A stretch of 32,000 nucleotides of DNA from Anaerolineae bacterium (GTDB lineage Bacteria; Chloroflexota; Anaerolineae; CG2-30-64-16): NCBI GenBank assembly GCA_034433275.1, contig DAOUAT010000463.1, positions 1,090 to 33,089 of the forward strand. The letters are read 5' to 3'. The notes below the pieces were generated by a model. That model had not been told where the DNA came from. It worked only from the letters and a program-made list of their open reading frames with translations, and searched no databases. Of this stretch, positions 7,769 through 13,670 are shown in pieces. A program made the translations under genes and the position numbers. The stretch's first letter is position 1. The number at the start of each line of letters is the position of its first letter.

Positions 7769-8710
7769 TCACTCCGAAAAAACAGTCTGCGGGGGCCTGG
7801 GATACAGGCCGGCGCGCGTGACGATCTCGGGCACGGCCTCGGCCCAGTGAACAGCCATGATATGAACGCCAGCGACCCCAGGAATCTGGCGCACCTGCTC
7901 GATGATCTCGACACAGATGTGGATGCCCTCTTCGGGCTGGGCGGCCTTCGGGGTCTTGCTCATCCGCTGGACGATCTCGTCGGGCACCTCCATGCCGGCC
8001 ACTTTGGTCGCCATGAAGTTGGCCTGTCCTGCCGACTTGACCGGTCCGACCCCGGCCAGGATGTAGACCTGCCTGTCCAGGCCCAGGTCGCGCACGCGAG
8101 CCATATAAGCCTCGAATCGTTTCACGTTGTAGATCAGTTGAGTCTGCACAAAACGCGCGCCCGCGGCCACCTTCTTGCCCAAACGCAACGGCCGATAGTC
8201 GAAAGGCGGCGCAAATGGATTGGCCGCTGCGCCGATGAACAACTGCGGCGGCAATGTGACCGACCGCCCGTTGTCCAAGGCGCCGTGCTCGCACAAGTTG
8301 CGCGCCATGCGGATCAGGTGCATGGAGTCCACGTCGTAGACACTCTTGGCTTCGGGATGGTCGCCCCAGATGCCGTGGTCGCCGCTCAAACAGAGCAGGT
8401 TGCGGATACCCAAGGCGGCCGCGCCTAACAGATCGGCCTGGATCGCCAGGCGGTTACGGTCGCGGCAGGTCATCTGGGCGACTGGCTCAATACCGTGGCG
8501 GAGCAAGATCGCCGCCACAGGAATGCTGGCCATCCGCACGCTGGCCGCCTGATTGTCGGTGACATTGACCGCGTCGGCGTAGTTGCGCAGGGTCTGCGCG
8601 TCGCGGGCAATTGCTGCCAGGTCTACCCCCTTCGGGGGCGAAAGCTCCGCGGCGACGGCAAATTGGCCGGCTTGCAACACCGCCTCCAGGTGGCTGATGG
8701 GAGTGGGCAC
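7769..8710 (-). CDS. metF: Methylenetetrahydrofolate reductase, acetogen-type small MetF (copy 2); start uncertain (GTG 8710 or upstream 8764)
   Basis: ...AAELSPPKGVDL...VNVTDNQAASVRMASI...QMTCRDRNRLAIQADLLGAAALGIRNLLCLSGDH...FIGAAANPFAPP...FVQTQLIYN.... It is a clear paralogue of the 11541..12527 gene. Confidence 0.85.
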   Translation of the reverse strand: MPTPISHLEAVLQAGQFAVAAELSPPKGVDLAAIARDAQTLRNYADAVNVTDNQAASVRMASIPVAAILLRHGIEPVAQMTCRDRNRLAIQADLLGAAALGIRNLLCLSGDHGIWGDHPEAKSVYDVDSMHLIRMARNLCEHGALDNGRSVTLPPQLFIGAAANPFAPPFDYRPLRLGKKVAAGARFVQTQLIYNVKRFEAYMARVRDLGLDRQVYILAGVGPVKSAGQANFMATKVAGMEVPDEIVQRMSKTPKAAQPEEGIHICVEIIEQVRQIPGVAGVHIMAVHWAEAVPEIVTRAGLYPRPPQTVFSE

Positions 8711-8711
8711 G

Positions 8712-9482
8712 TTAGAATTCCTCGATGATCGCTTGACGGATGGCTTCTTCGGTGGTCGCACCACTCAACTTTGGGTGTCCGTTGATGAAGACACCGTAGG
8801 CCACGCCGTAACGTTGCAACGTCTCGGGGCTGAGCACTTCGTGACGAACCACCACACGCTCCCCAAACTCGCGCGCGACGTCCAACAAGAGCATCTGGGT
8901 TGCAGTTTCGAAGGGACAGAGGTAGCCAGCCAGGATCAGGATCTCCACGGGCAGGCCACGGCGAGGTTGGAGGCGCGGCTCAAAGGGCCGGACGCTCACC
9001 TGGGGCTGGCCCAACGGCAGATAGAGCAACCTGCGGTCACCGGCTTCGTGCACAACTGTGAAGCCGCGGGCCAGGTAATGGCGGTAGTGCATCTGATCTT
9101 CGCGCGTGGTGGCTTCCACCAGGATGCCCTTGCTGCCCTGGTCGCGCACGGCGGCCTCAAAAGTCGCGAACAATTGCCGCCCCAGGCCCTGTCCCTGATG
9201 CCGGCGCTGCACCCACTCGCAGTAGAGCACGGCCACCCCCGGCTCGATCTCATAGGGGACCAGGGCCCGTTCCGACGCTGCGTAGTAGAGCTGGCCCACC
9301 GCAACGCCGTTGGCATCCTGCACGTGGTAGCCTTCGACGTAACGGCCCAGGTTTTGGCTCACCCAGGTGCGACAGACGTTGAGCGCAGCAGGCCAGGGCG
9401 TGGGCACTTCGGCCGTGCAACAAAAAGCCTGTTGGGCCTCTCCCGCGCTCTCAATCCGTTTTACAATCACTTGCCCGTCCAT
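8712..9482 (-). CDS. GNAT N-acetyltransferase fused to a C-terminal thioredoxin-fold domain
   Basis: The start is taken at ATG 9480..9482. The GNAT core is ...VAVLYCEWVQRRHQGQGLGRQLFATFEAAVRDQGSKGILVEA...YLARGF. The C-terminal VEILILAGYLCPFETATQMLLLDVAREFGERVVV...YGVFINGHPKL looks like a small thioredoxin-like fold with a single Cys (CPFE). Confidence 0.6.
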   Translation of the reverse strand: MDGQVIVKRIESAGEAQQAFCCTAEVPTPWPAALNVCRTWVSQNLGRYVEGYHVQDANGVAVGQLYYAASERALVPYEIEPGVAVLYCEWVQRRHQGQGLGRQLFATFEAAVRDQGSKGILVEATTREDQMHYRHYLARGFTVVHEAGDRRLLYLPLGQPQVSVRPFEPRLQPRRGLPVEILILAGYLCPFETATQMLLLDVAREFGERVVVRHEVLSPETLQRYGVAYGVFINGHPKLSGATTEEAIRQAIIEEF

Positions 9483-9505
9483 CCTTCCCCCCACAGCCGC
9501 TTTGT

Positions 9506-9976
9506 TCAGCCCTTGCGCACCACGCGCAGTCGCCGGTCCACGCCCCTCAGCAGATTGATCCACGACGACGTGCCCGGGAGCTGCCAGTTGACGGGCGGCT
9601 GCTCGGTCAACAGCTCCTGGCCCCAAATCGTCATCTTCTGGCTGCGCTCATAGGCATCCACCCAGACGCAGCGCATCTCCGGCTTGACCTCGCAGTGGCC
9701 GTTCAGGCGCACGCCACCGCACGGCCCGTTGCGCAGGTTCTTGGGACAGGTCATCGGGCAGGTCATGCCGGTGTAGTGCAGGATGCACTGGCCGCACAGG
9801 CGACAGTCGAAGACCGCCTTCTTGCTCAGATCCTCGAAAGGCAGGATCACCTTCGCAACGCGGTCGTAGCCGACGCGGGCAAAGAACGGATTCAGCCGGT
9901 GCAACACCCACTCGGCAGCCTGCCACAGGCGTTCGAGGGCGTGTGGATGATCTTGAATGATGCGGCGGAGGCCCAT
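9506..9976 (-). CDS. Short MetV-like protein (methylene-THF reductase C-terminal zinc-ribbon-like domain only)
   Basis: The start is taken at ATG 9974..9976, 2 nt after the hdrCB stop. ...FDCRLCGQCILHYTGMTCPMTCPKNLRNGPCGGVRLNGHCEV...CVW... parallels ...CQACGDCILDLTGGICPIARCSKQLLNGPCGGSQKGKCEV...CAW... in MetV (12541..13218). Confidence 0.7.
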   Translation of the reverse strand: MGLRRIIQDHPHALERLWQAAEWVLHRLNPFFARVGYDRVAKVILPFEDLSKKAVFDCRLCGQCILHYTGMTCPMTCPKNLRNGPCGGVRLNGHCEVKPEMRCVWVDAYERSQKMTIWGQELLTEQPPVNWQLPGTSSWINLLRGVDRRLRVVRKG

Positions 9977-9978
9977 TC

Positions 9979-11403
9979 CTAATCCACCAGCCCCTTCTGG
10001 CGCAACGCCGGCCGCGGGTCCACCAGGTTCTTCTCCAGGAGCGCCGTTTTCTCCCCCAACCCGAAGGCCAGCGCTGCAAGCTGCGTTGCATACAGCACCG
10101 GCATGGCGAAGCCCAGATCTTTGATCTGTGCCTGGCGGCCGTCCAGGTTGACGTGGCACAACGGACAAACGGTGACAACCACATCCGCGCCGCGCTCCCT
10201 GGCATTGCGCAGCACCTTGGCCGTCATCTGATGGGCCAACGGGGTTTGAGTCAGGCCCAAGGATCCGCCGCAACAATCGGTCTTGTAGTCCCACATCACC
10301 GGCTCGGCGCCGAGCCGACGCATCAGGTAGTCCATGTCCATGGGATACTCCGGATGCTCGGCGCCGGTGATCTCAGCCGGCCGGGTGATGTAGCAGCCGT
10401 AATAGCAGGCCACCTTCAGTCCGCTCAACGGTTTTTCCACCGCCCTCTCGATCCGATCCAACCCCGCCTTTTCGACTAGCGTCTCCACCAGGTGCATGAC
10501 CCGCACCTTGCCCGCATACTGGTAACCGATCTCCTGGGTGATCTGCTGCGCCATCTCTGGGTTGTGGGCCATCTCGTGGGCCGCGGTTTTGAAGCGGCTA
10601 TAGCAGGCAGCGCAGGGCGTGGTGACCTCCTCCAGGCCCATCTGCTCGATGATGGAGAGGTTGACCACCGGATACCTGGTTGCCAGGACGCGGTCGGTGG
10701 AGTGCGCCGGGCTGGAGCCACAGCAGATCCAGCCGGGCGGCTCAATCAGCTCCAGGTCGAGCTTCTCGGCGATGGCTTCGATGGTGCGGTGGTATTCGCT
10801 GGCCGACGAATGAAGCGAACAGCCGGGGTAGTAGGCAACCCGGGTGGGCGCAGCTTCCACCGCCTTAACCTGCCCGGGCTTAGGCGGCCGGGTGGGCAGC
10901 GAGACCAGATGCAACTTGCCCCGCTTGAGCATCTCCACCGCCATGTCCATATCTTTGAACAGGTTGCGGTTGAGCAGGTTCAAGCCGGCCATCAGCCCGA
11001 CTTCGTGGAGGCGGCCCATCAGCTTCACATCCATCAAGAAAAGGCGTGCGAAGCGATCCACCTCGGGGACGGCGGCCGGGATGCCCCGGCGACGGGCTTC
11101 GATGCGCAGCGCATCCATGACGGCCGCTATGTCAATGCCCTGGGGACAGCGCGTGGTACACGTCTCACACGAGGCGCACAGCCAGATGGCCTTGCTCTCC
11201 AGCACCGAAGCGTCTCCTAACTGCACGCTGCGCATCACCTGGTTGGGGGTCAAATCGAAATACTCGGCCAGGGGACAGCCGCTGGTGCACTTCAGGCACT
11301 GATAGCACAAGTAGGCGTTCTCGCCGACGATGCGCTGGATCGCCGCGGCCAAAGGTTCGGCTGTGGCCGGCGATGCAGCGGTGGTTGCTTTCATTATAGG
11401 CAT
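9979..11403 (-). CDS. Heterodisulfide reductase-like iron-sulfur protein, HdrC-HdrB fusion (HdrD-like): 2x[4Fe-4S] domain plus two CCG domains
   Basis: The start is taken at ATG 11401..11403, with GAGG 7 nt upstream. CYQCLKCTSGCP and CASCETCTTRCP are the ferredoxin motifs. YYPGCSLHSS...WICCGSSP and CYYGCYITRP...TDCCGGSLG are the two CCG domains. Confidence 0.85.
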   Translation of the reverse strand: MPIMKATTAASPATAEPLAAAIQRIVGENAYLCYQCLKCTSGCPLAEYFDLTPNQVMRSVQLGDASVLESKAIWLCASCETCTTRCPQGIDIAAVMDALRIEARRRGIPAAVPEVDRFARLFLMDVKLMGRLHEVGLMAGLNLLNRNLFKDMDMAVEMLKRGKLHLVSLPTRPPKPGQVKAVEAAPTRVAYYPGCSLHSSASEYHRTIEAIAEKLDLELIEPPGWICCGSSPAHSTDRVLATRYPVVNLSIIEQMGLEEVTTPCAACYSRFKTAAHEMAHNPEMAQQITQEIGYQYAGKVRVMHLVETLVEKAGLDRIERAVEKPLSGLKVACYYGCYITRPAEITGAEHPEYPMDMDYLMRRLGAEPVMWDYKTDCCGGSLGLTQTPLAHQMTAKVLRNARERGADVVVTVCPLCHVNLDGRQAQIKDLGFAMPVLYATQLAALAFGLGEKTALLEKNLVDPRPALRQKGLVD

Positions 11404-11446
11404 GTCATACCTCGTAATCAGCGGCAAGGAGACCTAACCCCCCCAA

Positions 11447-11499
11447 CCCACTTCCCCGAGGGGAAGTGGGAGCGGCCCTTCCTCCCCTGGTAGGGGAGG
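11447..11499. repeat. Two adjacent GC-rich perfect hairpins between metF1 and hdrCB (possible intercistronic terminator or RNA-processing structure)
   Basis: CCCACTTCCCC-GA-GGGGAAGTGGG (11447..11470) and CCTCCCCT-GGT-AGGGGAGG (11481..11499). Confidence 0.45.
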
Positions 11500-11540
11500 G
11501 GCCGGAGGAGAGATCCATCCACCACCGGCCGGGGGAGGGG

Positions 11541-12527
11541 TTAATCCACCACCGGCCGCGGCAAGAGGCCAGCCCCCTCGACAAGCGGCTTCACAGCTTC
11601 TTCCCACTCGATGGCCATGATGTGGATGCCGGCGACACCGGGGATCTCCCGGATCTGCTGAATCTGCTCGATGCAGATCTTGATGCCGGCATCGCGCCAG
11701 GCGGCCGCGCGCGCTTTCTTATCTTCTTTGGGAATGTTAGCAACGGCCGCTTCCATGCGATCCACGTATTCGTCGGCGACGATCATGCCCGGCACCTGGT
11801 CGCGCATGTATTTGGCCGCGCCGCTGCTCTTAAGCGGCCCCACGCCGGCCAGGATCTTCACTTTCTCGTGTATGCCCAGGTCCACGACCCGCTTCATGTA
11901 CTCCCGGAAGCGCGGGATGTCGTAGATCAGCTGTGTCTGGATGAAGTCCGCGCCCGCGGCAGCTTTCTTGGCCAGACGGTAGGGTCGGAACTCGAACGGG
12001 TCGCCGAAGGGATTGGCCGCCGCGCCGATGAAAAAGCGCGGGCCGCCGCCTTTGATCTCCTCGCCGCACTGGAATTTGCCTTCATCGCGCAGGCCCTTGA
12101 CGATTTGTACGAGCTGCAGCGAGTCCACGTCGTGGACGTTTTTGGCGAAGGGATGGTTGCCGAATGACTGATGATCGCCGGTCAGGCAGAGCACGTTTTT
12201 GATCCCCAGCGCACTCGCACCCAGCAGGTCGGCCTGCATGGCCAGCCGGTTGCGATCGCGGCAGGTCATCTGAATGATCGGCTCCAGCCCTGCGCGCAAC
12301 ACCAACACGCCGGCCGCAATGCTGCTCATGCGGACGATGGCCGTCTGGTTGTCAGTCAGGTTAACCGCGTCCACGACCCCCTTGAGCAAGGCCGCTTTCT
12401 TGCGGATGACCTCGGCATCATGGCTCTTGGGCGGCCCCAACTCGCCGGTGACCGCGAAGCATCCTTTGGTCAACACGCGCTCCAGGTTGCTGCCCGCCCA
12501 ATAACCGTTCGTTGAAATGTCAGACAT
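11541..12527 (-). CDS. metF: Methylenetetrahydrofolate reductase, acetogen-type small MetF (copy 1)
   Basis: The start is taken at ATG 12525..12527, preceded by AAGGAGG. MSDISTNGYWAGSNLERVLTKGCFAVTGELGPPKSHD...VNLTDNQTAIVRMSSI...QMTCRDRNRLAMQADLLGASALGIKNVLCLTGDH...FIQTQLIYD.... Confidence 0.9.
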   Translation of the reverse strand: MSDISTNGYWAGSNLERVLTKGCFAVTGELGPPKSHDAEVIRKKAALLKGVVDAVNLTDNQTAIVRMSSIAAGVLVLRAGLEPIIQMTCRDRNRLAMQADLLGASALGIKNVLCLTGDHQSFGNHPFAKNVHDVDSLQLVQIVKGLRDEGKFQCGEEIKGGGPRFFIGAAANPFGDPFEFRPYRLAKKAAAGADFIQTQLIYDIPRFREYMKRVVDLGIHEKVKILAGVGPLKSSGAAKYMRDQVPGMIVADEYVDRMEAAVANIPKEDKKARAAAWRDAGIKICIEQIQQIREIPGVAGIHIMAIEWEEAVKPLVEGAGLLPRPVVD

Positions 12528-12540
12528 AGCCAGGTCCTCC

Positions 12541-13218
12541 TTATTCTTCCGCCAACCGCAAATCGTCCCGCACAATCCGGCGCGGGCCACCATCACGGCT
12601 GGTACGCCAGTCTTTGGACGGCTGAACTTGCAGCAAACGATCGAGCATCCCCAGCGCGCCCATCCGCTCCCAGATCAACTGCCAGGCGCAAGGGGTTTCC
12701 TCGCTCACCTCGCACTTGCCCTTTTGCGAGCCGCCGCACGGCCCGTTGAGCAGCTGTTTCGAGCAGCGTGCAATGGGGCAGATGCCGCCGGTCAGGTCGA
12801 GGATGCAGTCGCCGCAGGCCTGGCAGCGCTCCTCCCAGATGCCCTGCTCGGTGGGCAGGCCCATGAAGCGGGTATTCAGGCCGGGCAACACACGCTTGTC
12901 GGGGAAACGCTCAGCCAACGTCTGCACGCCGACACCACAGCCCAAGGAGAGGATGGCGTCGTAATTGGCCCACCGCTCGCGCAAGGGATCAATGTACTCC
13001 CACTCGCATTGGCGTTGAACGGTCACCTCGTCCATCGCGATCCCGTGGCCGTCCAGCCGGGTGGCCATGCGCAGCGCCGATGCCAGGATGCCGACCTCCT
13101 TTTCGCCGCCCGCCAGGCAGACGGTGACGCAGGTGCCGCAGCCCACCACAAGCACCTTTTGGTAGCTTTCGAGCATCTCTTTGATTTCGGCCAGCGGTTT
13201 TTGTTCAGCAACAATCAT
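12541..13218 (-). CDS. metV: MetV (methylene-THF reductase-associated zinc/iron-sulfur subunit)
   Basis: 225 aa. N-terminal VLVVGCGTCVTVCLAGGEKEV, and C-terminal CQACGDCILDLTGGICPIARCSKQLLNGPCGG. Its ATG overlaps the mvhD1 stop (ATGA at 13215..13218). Confidence 0.85.
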   Translation of the reverse strand: MIVAEQKPLAEIKEMLESYQKVLVVGCGTCVTVCLAGGEKEVGILASALRMATRLDGHGIAMDEVTVQRQCEWEYIDPLRERWANYDAILSLGCGVGVQTLAERFPDKRVLPGLNTRFMGLPTEQGIWEERCQACGDCILDLTGGICPIARCSKQLLNGPCGGSQKGKCEVSEETPCAWQLIWERMGALGMLDRLLQVQPSKDWRTSRDGGPRRIVRDDLRLAEE

Positions 13219-13670
13219 TCCTCACCTCCGACGGTATCTTTCTTCGCAAAGTGCCGACCCAACGGATTAGGTCCGAGTTTCCGAATGTGCGCGTCCATCT
13301 CGGTTGCAATCTCGGCGAAACGCGCGCCCATGGCCGCTGACAGGTTGACCATCTGGACGCGTTCGGCCCCCAAACCGATCTGGTTCAGCAGGTCACGCAC
13401 GTACTCGATGCGTTTTTTGGCTTGCAGATTACCTTCCAGGTAATGGCACTCTCCGGGCAGTCAGCCAGCGGCAAAGACGCCGTCGGCGCCCGCCTCGAAG
13501 GCGTGCAACACGTGCAGCACGTCGAGCTTGCCGGTGCAGGGCAGCTCGAAAACCTTCACCGAAGACGGGTATTGGATGCGCAGGCCACCTGCGAGATCGG
13601 CTGCCGCATAGGCACAATGATGGCAGCAAAAGGCAATGATGCGCGGCGTCCAGCCAACGTCTTCGCTCAT
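13215..13670 (-). CDS. mvhD: MvhD-like protein (methyl-viologen-reducing hydrogenase delta subunit family) with in-frame TGA at 13461..13463: predicted selenocysteine
   Basis: Track ORFs 13461..13670 and 13215..13400 are in the same frame (456 nt in total). Read-through gives ...LHAFEAGADGVFAAG-[TGA]-LPGECHYLEGNLQAKKRIEYVRDLLNQIGLGAERVQMVNLSAAMGARFAEIATEMDAHIRKLGPNPL.... This aligns residue-for-residue with the paralogue (18587..19021) ...LDAFEHGADGVYIVG-C-PIGNCHHVRGNERARKRIERAKKLLDEIGIGGQRLEIYFVSGGMGETFARVAREMTDRIQALGPNPL. Confidence 0.8.
13423..13448 (-). promoter_or_regulatory. Candidate bacterial SECIS stem-loop downstream of the mvhD1 UGA
   Basis: On the mRNA: UGA-N16-AUUACC-UGGAA-GGUAAU, a 6-bp stem (13444..13439 / 13433..13428). 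It is extendable by UGC/GCA across a small internal loop. The apical loop contains GG and lies about 26-30 nt from the UGA. Folded by eye. Confidence 0.45.

Noticed and set aside
7765-7914. N-terminal 50-aa extension of the CBS-ACT ORF, and the analogous extensions of ORFs 3482..4252, 8712..9626 and 11541..12596
   Set aside because: The extensions overlap upstream genes or lack protein-like composition. Internal ATGs with SD-like sequences coincide with the beginning of recognisable domains.
8583-9653. 356-aa plus-strand ORF, with similar long plus-strand ORFs at 12517..13443, 15500..16318, 16331..17032, 17447..18529, 18963..19874, 20787..22115, 23532..24437, 26045..26875 and 28573..29848
   Set aside because: All are antisense to minus-strand genes with strong family signatures (GNAT, MetV, HdrA, TrxR-like, AcsE-like, ADH, CooC). 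They are low-complexity and have no SD or start context. I treated them as frame shadows.
9977-10294. N-terminal 106-aa extension of the MetV-like ORF (track start 10294)
   Set aside because: The extension overlaps the hdrCB coding region in another frame and translates to Gly/Arg/Pro-rich junk. An ATG at 9976 immediately follows the hdrCB stop.
13215-13670. The split mvhD1 read as a pseudogene (nonsense mutation)
   Set aside because: The single stop is TGA, both halves stay in frame, and similarity to the paralogue continues undiminished after the stop. The stop column is a conserved Cys of a family known to include selenoproteins, and a hairpin follows at SECIS distance. Selenocysteine is the better explanation, though it is unproven without finding sel genes.
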